From the NCBI GenBank assembly GCA_045532395.1, contig JAZSFV010000146.1, positions 1 through 38,863 of the forward strand: a stretch of 38,863 nt of DNA, given 5' to 3'. The position numbers and the translations under genes are program-made. Source of the stretch: Acutalibacteraceae bacterium (lineage in GTDB: Bacteria; Bacillota; Clostridia; Oscillospirales; Acutalibacteraceae). Each line of letters begins with the position of its first letter. Position 1 is the first letter of the stretch. Shown here in pieces: positions 1 to 9,673 of the stretch. Below the pieces are notes generated by a model, which ran no database searches, was not told the origin of the DNA, and saw only the letters and a program-made list of their open reading frames with translations.

Positions 1-613
1 GCAAATCAAAGGTTGTTTCCACTTCTTCTGCTGTGCGGAGTGTTGTATCTGTAAATTCTATAAGAACGATAAGACCGACAACAAGAATTGCACCTGCAAG
101 AGCAATAAGGATTGTGTTCTGCATTCTCATTGGGCCTGTTCTTATAACGTGTGCATAGTCAATTACGTTTACGTTTTCTGCGCCGATTGTTCTTTTAACT
201 GTATCTGCGAAAACTTCAACCATCTCATCTGCAATTCTTTTTACCATTTCTGTGTCTTTACCTGTAACACTCAGCTTCATAACACGTGTTTCTTCAACAG
301 TTGAAACGTTTATTTCATAGTCAGAAAGTCCGTCTTCCATGCCGAGGTTTTTAGCAACCGTGGTTGTAACAGTACGGCTCGTTGCAATAACACTGTAGTC
401 AAGAGCCAGCTTCTCATAATATGTAATTATGGAGTTGTTGTCTGAATCATTTTCTTCAACAGGTGCCATTACATAGAATGTTGTGGTTGCTGTGTATTCA
501 GATTCAAGCACAAAATAGTTGATGTATCCGCCTACTGCACCAAAAATAAAGGTAACAACCAATATAAGCGGTAACAACTGAATAAGAGATGTGGTAAGTC
601 TTTTTCCGGTCAT
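1..613 (-). CDS. Wzz/YveK(CpsC)-type polysaccharide chain-length determinant, N-terminal part (3' end runs off the window)
   Basis: Absent from the ORF track because it is cut by the window edge. ATG at 613-611 on the minus strand is preceded by GAAAGGAAGA. Translation starts MTGKRLTTSLIQLLPLILVVTFIFGAVGGYINYF. Two TM segments flank a ~150-aa loop, followed by LIEFTDTTLRTAEEVE, the usual Wzz/CpsC layout. Confidence 0.7.
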   Translation of the reverse strand, partial: MTGKRLTTSLIQLLPLILVVTFIFGAVGGYINYFVLESEYTATTTFYVMAPVEENDSDNNSIITYYEKLALDYSVIATSRTVTTTVAKNLGMEDGLSDYEINVSTVEETRVMKLSVTGKDTEMVKRIADEMVEVFADTVKRTIGAENVNVIDYAHVIRTGPMRMQNTILIALAGAILVVGLIVLIEFTDTTLRTAEEVETTFDL

Positions 614-842
614 TTGTATATCTTCCTTTCAAAGTGGACATAATACGCTTCTTTAATTCTATCACAAAGCATTACAAAAATCAACTCGTATTTGTCGTAA
701 AACACTTAAGAAATATTAAAGCGTGTCCCGTAAAAGTCTATAATTTCTTTTAAAGACTTTAATAATACCGAAACACGCCGAAAACATGATGATTTTAAAC
801 AAAAAAGCTTTTCATAAGATGATAATTTTCTATAACCCGCTT

Positions 843-1535
843 TCACTTTTTGGGTATAATTATTTTGTTTCTTTTTTTATCAAGTGTCATAATCATAACC
901 TGCGGTGCAGTCAGCTTTTCTTTTTTAAGAATACGGTCAATTTCTTTCTTTGTTGTGCCACACAAATTAAAGTTGGAATAAATATATCTGCCGTCAGACA
1001 CAACAACCGCCGGAATTCCCTTTTCTTCAGGCTCTTCTTCCAGGGAATTTAAAGTAAGCGGTGTTTTATCATTTTTGAGCATTACGCTCAGGCTACCGTT
1101 TGTTTCCACAATAGCATACTCCACATCAGAAATATCAAAAATATCTTTTTCACGCAAAGCTTCCATAATATCGTCAATGGAATACCTGATTTTTTTGAGA
1201 ATTGCTATATCAAGCTTTCCCTCTTTTATGATGTAGACGGCATTGCCTTCAATAAGCCGACGGAATTTTCCGCTCTTAAGGGCAAAGAAAGAAAAAATCA
1301 TCTCAAGAAGCACAAGAAAAGCAACTGCAGCAACAGAGTCCATTATAGGATCAGTCTTTTCCACGATGGGTGTTGATGCAATTTCGGAAAGAATAATAGT
1401 TATAACAAGTTCTGTCGGCTGAAGTTGTCCGATTTGCCTTTTACCCATAACTCTGACGGCAAGAACAACCATAATATAAACGATAAAAGTCCTCAGAAGA
1501 ATGGTTAACACGGCAAAACCTCCTAAAAATATCAT
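843..1535 (-). CDS. DUF421 (YetF-like) membrane protein
   Basis: 230-aa ORF. N-terminal TM segments and the GKRQIGQLQPTELVITIILSEIAS motif are typical of the DUF421/YetF family. Confidence 0.7.
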   Translation of the reverse strand: MIFLGGFAVLTILLRTFIVYIMVVLAVRVMGKRQIGQLQPTELVITIILSEIASTPIVEKTDPIMDSVAAVAFLVLLEMIFSFFALKSGKFRRLIEGNAVYIIKEGKLDIAILKKIRYSIDDIMEALREKDIFDISDVEYAIVETNGSLSVMLKNDKTPLTLNSLEEEPEEKGIPAVVVSDGRYIYSNFNLCGTTKKEIDRILKKEKLTAPQVMIMTLDKKRNKIIIPKK

Positions 1536-1614
1536 AAATAGTGTGTACCAAAACGCATAAAATATGTTAAAAAGTTAAAAAATACAGAAAACAAAATTTT
1601 TTTAAAAAAATCTA

Positions 1615-1643
1615 TTGACATATCAAAAAAAACACTATATAAT
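1615..1643 (+). promoter_or_regulatory. Consensus sigma-A promoter for tRNA-Lys
   Basis: TTGACA (1615-1620), exactly 17 nt, then TATAAT (1638-1643), about 25 nt upstream of the tRNA 5' end. Confidence 0.65.
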
Positions 1644-1667
1644 ATCAAGGTGTTCAGCAGAACAGAT

Positions 1668-1743
1668 GATCCATTAGCTCAGCCGGCAGAGCACTTGACT
1701 TTTAATCAAGGTGTCCGGAGTTCGAATCTCCGATGGATCACCA
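1668..1743 (+). tRNA. tRNA-Lys (anticodon UUU), CCA encoded
   Basis: Folded by hand as a 76-nt cloverleaf. Acceptor GATCCAT/ATGGATC. D arm GCTC-AGCCGGCA-GAGC. Anticodon arm CTTGA-CTTTTAA-TCAAG (TTT). Variable loop GTGTC. T arm CGGAG-TTCGAAT-CTCCG. Discriminator A plus CCA. Confidence 0.95.
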
Positions 1744-1747
1744 AGAA

Positions 1748-1785
1748 AACGGTAACTACTTCGGTAGTTGCCGTTTTTCTTTTTG
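1748..1785 (+). terminator. Rho-independent terminator after tRNA-Lys
   Basis: 12-bp stem AACGGTAACTAC / GTAGTTGCCGTT (one G-U pair), TTCG loop, then TTTTTCTTTTT. Confidence 0.85.
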
Positions 1786-1880
1786 GTTTTCTGTTTTTAA
1801 GGAGATTCGAACTCCATTTGCCATGTGCGACGGTTTGCCGTCAGGCAGAGGAGCACGGCGGACAATCTAAAAAACGGCAC

Positions 1881-1915
1881 AAAAAAAATCGTTCAGTTCT
1901 GACGGACTGAACGAT
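1881..1915 (-). terminator. Rho-independent terminator of the LtaS-like gene
   Basis: On the minus strand, TCGTTCAGTCCGTCAGAACTGAACGA hairpin followed by TTTTTTTT, just downstream of the stop at 1926. Confidence 0.8.
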
Positions 1916-1925
1916 TTTTATTTTA

Positions 1926-3806
1926 TTATTTATACGTGGTTACATATTTAGGGTCGAATGGTTTGTATTCTGCGTTAAGGATTTTTTCGTTATAAAGTGT
2001 GCTCTTATACATAAGCTTGTCGTTAACGTATTCCACGCCTTCCATTCCTGCACCGCTTTTTTCCATAACAGTCTTTTCGCCTGAGAAAAGGTTTGTGCCT
2101 ATGCCGAGTCTGTTTCCTTCAATTTTAACACCAATACTTGCAAGAAGTGTGGGGAACATATCAAAGTTTGCATAGTATCTGTTATGTGTTACCTCATCTG
2201 ATACATTTGCAACATTCGGAGCAGGGTTAATAATAAGGTTGAATGTTGTGCGGACATAATTTTCATCAAAGCCTTTGAAGAAATCAGGGTCCATGCTGAT
2301 GTGGTCGCCGATTAAAACAATCGTTGTGTTTTCATAGAAAGGTTGTTTCTGAATCCAACGGACAAATTCAGTAACTTCAGAAGCACTGTAAGAAATAGCA
2401 TTTGCATAAACGCTTCCGTAAGGAGTAGGTGTATTTTTGCCTACATAGCCGGGGAAATGAGTGTCTGCAGTTTCCATTACAAGATGGAAAGGCTTACCTG
2501 TTTCACTGAGCCTTGTAATTTCATCTTTTGCAAATTTATAAAGCTTATCATCCTCGTAGCCCCAGAATACTTTGTAGTTCTTAGGAATCAAGCCACGGCT
2601 TCTTGCAGCATCTGCGTCGATAATATTGAAATTACCATGCTTTGAATATAAGAAATCAAGTCCGCCGAATCTTGCTGATGAGCCAAGCACAAGCGACTGT
2701 TCATATCCTTGTGTTGCAAGAATATCACCTATTGTTGCAGCACCGGGCATGAATGTTTCTGCACTGTTATAGTTATTTGCCGAAACGGGAGCTTTCATTG
2801 AAAGACCTGTTGACATATTTACAATTGATGCTACCGACCATACGCAACCCGTTGCTGACTGAGGACCGCCGAAAGTATCTGTATGAGAGAAGCTGATACC
2901 TTCTTCTGCAAGGTCTGAAAGCGGTTTTATAAGGTTTGTATCCATGTGTCCGCCCAGATCTTTTGAAAGATATGAGTTTTCCATAGATTCAAGATAGATA
3001 TGAATAAGGTTTCTTTTCTGTTCGGGGAACTGCATTTTCACTGTGCTCGGGTCAACGTAGTTTTCTTCGATAAAAGTCGACTCAATCATATACATTTTTA
3101 TAAGGTCAGTAAGGCTGAAAGCAACAATTCCGTATGTAAGACCGCTGAGAAGAGAAATAATTGCAAGAACCATGCTGATAATACGTCTTACTTTTACTGA
3201 AATAACGCATATTTCTTTGTCTTTTCTCTTGAAATAAAGTTCTCTGTTTGAAAGAGCAAACGCAGCAAAGAAGAATGCAACTGCAACTGTTCTTAAAACA
3301 GGGATAGTTATGATTCCGTTAATAATACCTGAGTCTGTTGAATCTTTGGGAGATACCATGTTTATCAGCAACTGGTCAGGCGCAATCGCGCTGAAAGTGC
3401 CTACGCCCCAGAAAGTGCCGAAAATGCAAGCCATACCCAGAGTGAAAACAAAGATATAAACAATTTTCATTATTGTCTGTTTTCTTTCAGGTTTTATTTC
3501 TGCACGGGCAAAACGGAATTTACCGTCAACCAATCCCATTACAAAAGCCCATATCAAGCCGAGACCGAGAACAAAACCTGCGTGAACAAACGGAGTTAGC
3601 GGCCATTCATTTTTAAAAGATAAAATACCTCTTCCGTAATAGTTGGTAACAAGCTCTGTCATATAAATTGCAATAATATTTGTGCCGAGCAAGTCGCTGA
3701 TAATAATCATCACTGCGCTGAAAGCACTTTTTGCACGTTTGATTCCGAATGCATCGATTAAACCGACTGCAACGCCGAAAACGATTGCAAGAATAATAAA
3801 CAACAT
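1926..3806 (-). CDS. LTA-synthase-family / sulfatase-like (MdoB-like) membrane phosphotransferase
   Basis: 626 aa. About five N-terminal TM helices, then an extracytoplasmic alkaline-phosphatase-superfamily domain with IHIYLESMEN, HLVMETADTHFPGY and IVLIGDH motifs. Confidence 0.7.
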   Translation of the reverse strand: MLFIILAIVFGVAVGLIDAFGIKRAKSAFSAVMIIISDLLGTNIIAIYMTELVTNYYGRGILSFKNEWPLTPFVHAGFVLGLGLIWAFVMGLVDGKFRFARAEIKPERKQTIMKIVYIFVFTLGMACIFGTFWGVGTFSAIAPDQLLINMVSPKDSTDSGIINGIITIPVLRTVAVAFFFAAFALSNRELYFKRKDKEICVISVKVRRIISMVLAIISLLSGLTYGIVAFSLTDLIKMYMIESTFIEENYVDPSTVKMQFPEQKRNLIHIYLESMENSYLSKDLGGHMDTNLIKPLSDLAEEGISFSHTDTFGGPQSATGCVWSVASIVNMSTGLSMKAPVSANNYNSAETFMPGAATIGDILATQGYEQSLVLGSSARFGGLDFLYSKHGNFNIIDADAARSRGLIPKNYKVFWGYEDDKLYKFAKDEITRLSETGKPFHLVMETADTHFPGYVGKNTPTPYGSVYANAISYSASEVTEFVRWIQKQPFYENTTIVLIGDHISMDPDFFKGFDENYVRTTFNLIINPAPNVANVSDEVTHNRYYANFDMFPTLLASIGVKIEGNRLGIGTNLFSGEKTVMEKSGAGMEGVEYVNDKLMYKSTLYNEKILNAEYKPFDPKYVTTYK

Positions 3807-3861
3807 TTTATCCTCTCCTTTTTACCGTTATATTCTACAACATAATAAACAATTTTACAAG

Positions 3862-3901
3862 GGAAAAATTAAATCAGGCAGGGATAGAGTCTCCTGCCTG
3901 A
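3862..3901 (-). terminator. Rho-independent terminator of the 710-aa beta-helix gene
   Basis: 9-bp stem TCAGGCAGG/CCTGCCTGA (3874-3901), followed on the minus strand by TTTAATTTTT. Confidence 0.7.
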
Positions 3902-3907
3902 ATATGA

Positions 3908-6040
3908 TTAACCGAACTTATAAGGTGTGCCTGCATTATTTTCCCAGGGAATGAAGCCTATTTCTGATGCGGGAGAATTTTCAGCAAGTGTAAAGTCGCG
4001 GTTTTCTGCATCTTTAAATAAGGGATTTTTGAAAACTGCATTATTGTAATAGCCTTTACCAACCATGCTTACAATATTTTCTCTTTCAAAGAGCTTTGTT
4101 GAAGAACCTGAATAAACTGCTTTATTGCCGTAGTCCCAATAGAGATTGCTGTTGTCCTTGAACCAATCAAGATTTGTCGTCTGCCAGTACATAACTCTGT
4201 CGTCAGAAACAAGAATATTGTTTTCAAGGAAAAGTGAGTTATGCTCTTCGTTTCTTGTGATACGGAAAACACCGTCTCCGCCAAATGCAAAGATATTGTT
4301 TCTTATCATATTATCTTTGCCGTAATGCTGATGAAATGCCTGAGATGAGCAGTCATAAACCAGGTTATTCTCAACGAGAATTTCGCTTGAGCCTTCGTCA
4401 AGGTAAATGCCCCAACCGCCATAGCCTTGTGTACCGCCATAGCAGCCTACGTTGTAAATTTCATTACCGCTTAAAACTGTGTTGGGCTGAATACCTAAAG
4501 TATAAATACCGCCCATATCCGAAAGCCAGCCGTTACCGATATTGTAAATAAGGTTATCTTTTACCTGAATGTTATCTGTTGGGTTTTCAGTATATCCCCA
4601 TACCCAGCCGACAGAAACTGCAGTATACCAGCCGTCGTGAATTTCGTTGTTCCGGATTATACAGTCTGAAGCATGGCAGAGAAGCACACCGATTGAATGG
4701 TTATAGATTCTGCCGTATTCGTTGATTTCACAATTTGTGACTGAAATATTTTTTGTCACTGCGGGAATTGCATAAGGAGCGTTTATGAAAACTGCATTAC
4801 CGCCGATTTCGTCAAAATAGCAAGCATCAACAAGGCAGTTCTGCACATTTTCTTTGAACATAACTGCAGAGTTTGAAATGCTTCTGAATATGCAGTTTAT
4901 GAAGTTTACATTCTCTGCATTTCTGACTGTAATAACTGCAGGCACTTCATATGATGCCTGAGGGTGAGTGGGGTCAAAATCAATATGCTCATAATTAGGA
5001 TTTGTTTTGTCCATTGGCCAGATGTTAAGAGTACCGTTTACAAAATCCCAGTCAGTATCTATAAATCTGATACCGCTGAAAGAGATGTTACTTGCACCGT
5101 TAATGTCAAAGAAAGAATCAGTAACGGGAGCAGATAAAACAAGGTTATCTTTTGTTTCGTTTTCAAAAGGAATGTAATAAAGTTTCTTTTCTGCTCTGTC
5201 AAGATACCATTCGCCGGGCTCACTTACTGCTTCCTTTACATTTTCGTAAACATAGTTATCGTCATTTTCAATTGTCATTGCAGCAGGTTTTCTGAACGCT
5301 ACTCTGCCTGTTTCTGTGTCAACTGAATGCAAAGGGATAATATCGTCGCACCATTTGTGCATAATTCTTACATTCACGTCCTGAACGTTTGCAAAGTCCA
5401 TGATTTCATTTTCTTTTGCGTAGAAAGCAGTGTGGAGCTTGAAGAAGCCTGTTTCGTCATTTGGATAAAGTGCATCTTCAATATGTGCTTCTTTTGCAGT
5501 AAAACAGCCCTCTTTCGGCCATACGCTGACTGAAAGTCTCTTTTCACCATTGAAAAGTGAACGGAAATAAAGTTTATCTGTGTCAACATCTGTTACAAGT
5601 GCTTTTTTTCCGTTGATTTCTCCGTCTGCCCAGTCAGAAAGCTCTGCTGCGCCTGTGAAAGTAACTTCTTCTCCGGGAATACTTCTGTATGTAACATTCT
5701 GTTTATCTGAAGAATCAAAAAGAATTTCTTCATCAATAACATATTTGCCCGCTTTGAACCAGACAGTTATTTCACCATCTGTATTCATGTTTTTAAGTTT
5801 TTCTTTTGCTCCCTCAAGAGTTTTAAGGGGCATTTCTTCTGTGCCTGCGTTTGCGTCGTCACCGTCAGGAGAAACAACAAGGTCATTTTCTTTCATTTCA
5901 AAAACACCTTCGTCAAATTCTGTTTTTACTATGGTTTCTGTTTCAGGAAAAACACCTTGAACTTTTTCGGCAGGGCTGAACCACAAGCCGAGAAGTGTCA
6001 TAAGTGCAGTAAAAAAAGCAATAATTTTTTGTTTGAGCAT
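3908..6040 (-). CDS. Exported right-handed parallel beta-helix repeat protein (probable polysaccharide lyase/hydrolase)
   Basis: 710 aa. N-terminal signal peptide MLKQKIIAFFTALMTLLGLWF. C-terminal half is full of ~22-aa N/G/I-rich turns (NNxI.., GGxGIY) typical of pectate-lyase-fold repeats. Confidence 0.65.
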   Translation of the reverse strand: MLKQKIIAFFTALMTLLGLWFSPAEKVQGVFPETETIVKTEFDEGVFEMKENDLVVSPDGDDANAGTEEMPLKTLEGAKEKLKNMNTDGEITVWFKAGKYVIDEEILFDSSDKQNVTYRSIPGEEVTFTGAAELSDWADGEINGKKALVTDVDTDKLYFRSLFNGEKRLSVSVWPKEGCFTAKEAHIEDALYPNDETGFFKLHTAFYAKENEIMDFANVQDVNVRIMHKWCDDIIPLHSVDTETGRVAFRKPAAMTIENDDNYVYENVKEAVSEPGEWYLDRAEKKLYYIPFENETKDNLVLSAPVTDSFFDINGASNISFSGIRFIDTDWDFVNGTLNIWPMDKTNPNYEHIDFDPTHPQASYEVPAVITVRNAENVNFINCIFRSISNSAVMFKENVQNCLVDACYFDEIGGNAVFINAPYAIPAVTKNISVTNCEINEYGRIYNHSIGVLLCHASDCIIRNNEIHDGWYTAVSVGWVWGYTENPTDNIQVKDNLIYNIGNGWLSDMGGIYTLGIQPNTVLSGNEIYNVGCYGGTQGYGGWGIYLDEGSSEILVENNLVYDCSSQAFHQHYGKDNMIRNNIFAFGGDGVFRITRNEEHNSLFLENNILVSDDRVMYWQTTNLDWFKDNSNLYWDYGNKAVYSGSSTKLFERENIVSMVGKGYYNNAVFKNPLFKDAENRDFTLAENSPASEIGFIPWENNAGTPYKFG

Positions 6041-6043
6041 TTT

Positions 6044-6529
6044 TTAATCTCCTATATATTCAAAATATTTTTTAAGCATTGTATATTCGCGAAGATAAAG
6101 GCTTGCAATATCTTCTCTGTAGGTTGCATATTCGCCGAAAATTGCAAGAGCATTATTAACATCTACCCATTCAGGCACTGCGCCATGCTCAACTTCAATG
6201 TCAGTTAAATGTTTTTCGCATTCACCCTCAATTTCGCAGATAAAATAATTGCTTACATACATCGTTTCAAAACAATATTCATTTATTTTAAGAAACTGTT
6301 TTATTGGTTTTACTATATACCCCGCTTCTTCCTTAAGCTCTCGTACACAACATTCCGTAAGAGTTTCATTTTCTTCAAGTCCGCCACCGGGTGTCATAAA
6401 AACGCCTGTGTTAAGCTCATGAGTGAGAAGAATTTTCCCATTCTTTATAACAACACCCCTGCCTGCTTCGCGGATTTTTTCAGGCGGGTCGGAATAATTT
6501 TTGCTGTATTGGTTCAATGTTTCAAACAT
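6044..6529 (-). CDS. NUDIX hydrolase
   Basis: Nudix box GGGLEENETLTECCVRELKEEAGY. I move the start to the ATG at 6529 (MFETLNQ), which has GAGGTG 7 nt upstream. The track ORF begins 9 codons earlier with no RBS. Confidence 0.85.
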   Translation of the reverse strand: MFETLNQYSKNYSDPPEKIREAGRGVVIKNGKILLTHELNTGVFMTPGGGLEENETLTECCVRELKEEAGYIVKPIKQFLKINEYCFETMYVSNYFICEIEGECEKHLTDIEVEHGAVPEWVDVNNALAIFGEYATYREDIASLYLREYTMLKKYFEYIGD

Positions 6530-6646
6530 AAAAACACCTCTCAATAACTTTAACAATATAAATAATTTTTGTCAATAATCTGCTTGTAAATTTTTAATAT
6601 GTAGTGTAGAATATTTTAAAAGAATTTTTTCGTGAGGTGAGCCCGG

Positions 6647-8056
6647 GTGAGCAGTATTTTTTCTTTTTTCATGGCAGTAATTCAATTTTGTCTTATGTGG
6701 TTTGCGCCAATTGCAGGGAGCCACGAAATTATGATTGACACAACAAAAACTTATCAGGTCTTTGAAGATTTCGGCACAAGCTCATGCTGGTGGGCGCAGA
6801 CAATTGACGACGAAAAAATGGCTGACAAAATCGCAAAAAAACTTTATAGCAAAGAAGAAGGCTTAGGGCTTAAAATTTTTCGTTATAATATCGGTGGCGG
6901 TGAAGCGGATAACCCCGATACGAGAATATGGGATACATCACGAAGAACAGAAAGCTTTTATGTTCTGAACGAAGAAACAGGCGAATACGAATACGACTTT
7001 ACAAGAGATAAAAACGCACGAAGAATGCTTGACCTTGCAGTCAGGTACGGTGCAGAAAAAGTTATTCTTTTCTGCAACAGCCCTCATTTTTCAATGACAA
7101 AAAGCGGTCATGCTTCAGGCGGTCTCCAGCAGAACGTTTCTAACCTGCTCAAAGAAAATTATATGGCATTTGTTGACTATGTTCTGACTATTGCCGACTG
7201 GTTTGTAGCAGAAGGTTATCCCGTTTACGCCATTTCCCCCATCAATGAACCTCAATGGTCATGGGGCGGTGAATGGGTAGGCCAGGAAGGTTGCCATTAT
7301 GAAATTGATGAAGCAATAGAGCTTCTTGAACTTTTTGCAACCGAAATGCAGAAAAGAAACAGCCCTTATAAATTAAGCGGTCCTGAAAGCGGAGAAATGA
7401 GCTGGAATCATTACGAATATGTTGAAAAGTTTTTTGCAAGTGAAATTTTAAATAACTACTGCGATTCTTTTGCAGGACATTCCTATTGGATGGACACAAA
7501 AGGTGCTGAAAAAGCAGAAGTCGGCGAAAAATTCAGAAAAGATTATCCCGATAAAAAATATGAAATGAGTGAATGGTGCGAATTGCCTCTCACCATAGAC
7601 AGCAAAACAATTGAAAGCGGTCTTCACATGTCAGGAGTTATTGTTGACGACCTGACAAAAATGAACGCAGTTTCATGGCAGAGCTGGACGGCAGTCAACG
7701 GTGACGGACTTCTTGACAGAGTTGACGGCGAGCTTATAACATATAACAGATATTATGCATTCATGCACTTCACTTCCTTTATAAAACCCGGAATGGAAAG
7801 AGCAAGAATTTTTGATAACTTCGGCAAAAAAACAAAATTAAAAACAGTTGCGTTTATTGACGAAAACACAACTGTGATTGTTATTGTAAACCCTGAAGAA
7901 AAAGGGGAAGAAATTAAGTTTAATTGTCTTTCAGGAAATGCAGAAATTTATCTTACAGACGAAACACATAATTGTGAAAAAATTTACGAGGGAGAATTTA
8001 ACAAAAAAATAAATATCCCTCAAAAAAGTATTATGACAATTAAGGTTACTGTTTAA
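6647..8056 (+). CDS. Glycoside hydrolase family 30-like (O-glycosyl hydrolase)
   Basis: 469 aa. GTG start with GAGGTGA 6 nt upstream. Hydrophobic N-terminus. ISPINEPQW (acid/base Glu) and YEMSEWCE (nucleophile Glu) spaced as in GH30 TIM barrels, plus a C-terminal beta-sandwich. Confidence 0.65.
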   Translation: MSSIFSFFMAVIQFCLMWFAPIAGSHEIMIDTTKTYQVFEDFGTSSCWWAQTIDDEKMADKIAKKLYSKEEGLGLKIFRYNIGGGEADNPDTRIWDTSRRTESFYVLNEETGEYEYDFTRDKNARRMLDLAVRYGAEKVILFCNSPHFSMTKSGHASGGLQQNVSNLLKENYMAFVDYVLTIADWFVAEGYPVYAISPINEPQWSWGGEWVGQEGCHYEIDEAIELLELFATEMQKRNSPYKLSGPESGEMSWNHYEYVEKFFASEILNNYCDSFAGHSYWMDTKGAEKAEVGEKFRKDYPDKKYEMSEWCELPLTIDSKTIESGLHMSGVIVDDLTKMNAVSWQSWTAVNGDGLLDRVDGELITYNRYYAFMHFTSFIKPGMERARIFDNFGKKTKLKTVAFIDENTTVIVIVNPEEKGEEIKFNCLSGNAEIYLTDETHNCEKIYEGEFNKKINIPQKSIMTIKVTV

Positions 8057-8060
8057 AATA

Positions 8061-8270
8061 AATGCAGAATGCAAAATGCAAAGTGCAAAATTTTGGGGCT
8101 TCACCGATTATATTGCACCGATTTTGCATTGTATATGTCATTCACAATTTACTCGCATTAAAATTATGCAAAAGCTTATCGATGTCAACAAACTTTATGT
8201 TGTTAAAATAAAATAGGTGTGGACGGAGTCCACCATTAATTCTGCATTATGCACTTTGCATTCTGCATTA
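8061..8270. repeat. MITE-like element: 32-bp imperfect terminal inverted repeats made of four 7-nt AATGCAR units, flanking a 145-bp core
   Basis: Left arm 8061-8092 is AATGCAG AATGCAA AATGCAA AGTGCAA AATT. The right arm 8239-8270 reverse-complements to AATGCAG AATGCAA AGTGCAT AATGCAG AATT (28/32 identical). The core holds the hairpin GTGGAC-GGA-GTCCAC (8218-8232). No ORF. Confidence 0.6.
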
Positions 8271-8300
8271 AAAAAGGAGAGCCCTCGGCTCTCCTTTTTT
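8271..8300. terminator. Bidirectional rho-independent terminator
   Basis: AAAAAGGAGAGCC-CTC-GGCTCTCCTTTTTT. A-run and T-run on the two sides. Immediately downstream of the DUF711 gene stop (8302). Confidence 0.85.
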
Positions 8301-8301
8301 A

Positions 8302-9657
8302 TTAGTTTTTAAGGCTCTGTAAAGGAGCAGGGATTCTGCCGCCACGTGAAATGAATTTTTCAGGTGAAGCAGTGTTTACTCTCATAACAGGTCCGCTTCC
8401 CAAAAGTCCGCCGAAATTAAGCTCGTCGCCGACATCTTTGCCGATTGCAGGGATAAGTCTTACAGCAGTTGTTTTTGAGTTTACCATACCGATTGCTGCT
8501 TCGTCTGCGATAATTGCTGAAATAATTTCAGGTGTTACATCACCGGGCACTACAATCATATCAAGGCCAACTGAGCAAACGGCAGTCATCGCTTCAAGTT
8601 TTTCAAGAGTCAGGCAGCCGCTTCTTGCAGCGTTAATCATGCCTGCGTCTTCACTTACGGGAATGAATGCACCTGAAAGTCCGCCAACGTGAGAAGATGC
8701 CATTACGCCACCTTTTTTAACTGCATCGTTTAAAAGCGCAAGACAGGCTGTTGTGCCGTGAGCACCGCATGTTTCAAGACCCATTTCTTCAAGGATATAC
8801 GCCACAGAGTCGCCGACTGCAGGAGTAGGAGCAAGAGACAAGTCAACAATGCCGAAAGGCACACCAAGTCTTTTTGATGCTTCGTTTGCAACAAGCTGAC
8901 CCATACGTGTGATTTTGAATGCAGTTTTCTTGACCATGTCTGCCACTTCTGTGATATTTGCATCAGGAATTTTTGTAAGAGCGCTTCTTACAACACCGGG
9001 GCCTGAAACACCAACGTTGATTACGCAGTCTGCTTCGCCTGCGCCGTGGGAAGCACCAGCCATAAAGGGGTTGTCATCGGGTGCATTGCAGAAAACAACA
9101 AGCTTTGCAGCACCGGTACAATCGCGGTCTTCTGTTGCATAAGCTGCATTTTTGATAACGTTACCCATAAGTTTGACCGCATCCATATTGATACCTGTTT
9201 TTGTAGAGCCGATATTAACGCTTGAGCAGATATGTTCAGTGCGTGAAAGTGCTTCGGGGATACTGCGGATAAGTGCTTCGTCGCCTTGTGCAAAGCCTTT
9301 CTGCACAAGAGCTGAATAACCGCCTATAAAGTTTACGCCAACTTCTCTTGATGCTTTTTCAAGAGTAAGAGCATATTTTACAGGGTCTCCGCCTGATGAA
9401 GCAAGAATCATTGCAATAGGAGTAACTGAAATTCTCTTATTGATAATCGGAATACCGTATTCCTTTTCAGTGTCTTCACCTGTCTTTACAAGCTTTGGTG
9501 CAAGACGTGTGGTTTTATCGTAAATTTTTGTGCATGAAACATCAATGTCACCTGAACAACAGTCAAGAAGCGAAATACCCATTGTGATTGTTCTTATGTC
9601 AAGGTGTTCATTCTGAATCATGCCAATGGTTTCAAGAATATCGCCAGTATTAATCAT
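8302..9657 (-). CDS. PFL-family protein UPF0210 (DUF711)
   Basis: 451 aa. Starts [33 protein letters not shown] and ends [13 protein letters not shown], characteristic of the UPF0210 family. Paired with the upstream ACT protein. Confidence 0.85.
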   Translation of the reverse strand: MINTGDILETIGMIQNEHLDIRTITMGISLLDCCSGDIDVSCTKIYDKTTRLAPKLVKTGEDTEKEYGIPIINKRISVTPIAMILASSGGDPVKYALTLEKASREVGVNFIGGYSALVQKGFAQGDEALIRSIPEALSRTEHICSSVNIGSTKTGINMDAVKLMGNVIKNAAYATEDRDCTGAAKLVVFCNAPDDNPFMAGASHGAGEADCVINVGVSGPGVVRSALTKIPDANITEVADMVKKTAFKITRMGQLVANEASKRLGVPFGIVDLSLAPTPAVGDSVAYILEEMGLETCGAHGTTACLALLNDAVKKGGVMASSHVGGLSGAFIPVSEDAGMINAARSGCLTLEKLEAMTAVCSVGLDMIVVPGDVTPEIISAIIADEAAIGMVNSKTTAVRLIPAIGKDVGDELNFGGLLGSGPVMRVNTASPEKFISRGGRIPAPLQSLKN

Positions 9658-9673
9658 GGTTTATGAACTCCTT

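Noticed and set aside
1791-1880. A second, minus-strand tRNA gene next to tRNA-Lys
   Set aside because: Only the T-arm and a weak acceptor pairing can be drawn. There is no D-arm GG and no 5-bp anticodon stem with a 7-nt loop. It is kept only as a low-interest fragment observation.
1650-1910. 86-aa track ORF spanning the tRNA-Lys gene
   Set aside because: It is read straight through a canonical tRNA and its terminator. It has no RBS. I treat it as spurious.
5580-5960. Antisense or alternative-frame ORFs inside long genes (5580-5960, 8351-8692, 13489-13926, 15625-16077, 29485-29886, 34092-34397, 36237-36734 and similar)
   Set aside because: Each lies wholly inside a gene with clear family motifs on the other strand or in another frame. 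They lack RBSs and have skewed, low-complexity composition.
8172-8189. AAGCTT-ATCGAT-GTCAAC (HindIII, ClaI and HincII sites back to back), suggesting cloning-vector polylinker contamination
   Set aside because: It does not match the order in common polylinkers that I remember. The surrounding sequence is native-looking AT-rich intergenic DNA inside the inverted-repeat element. It is most likely coincidence.
8061-8270. Heptamer arrays (and the hairpin array at 30151-30323) as a CRISPR array
   Set aside because: The repeat units are 7 nt and contiguous, with no spacers. The hairpins at 30.2 kb all differ in sequence. No cas genes are present.
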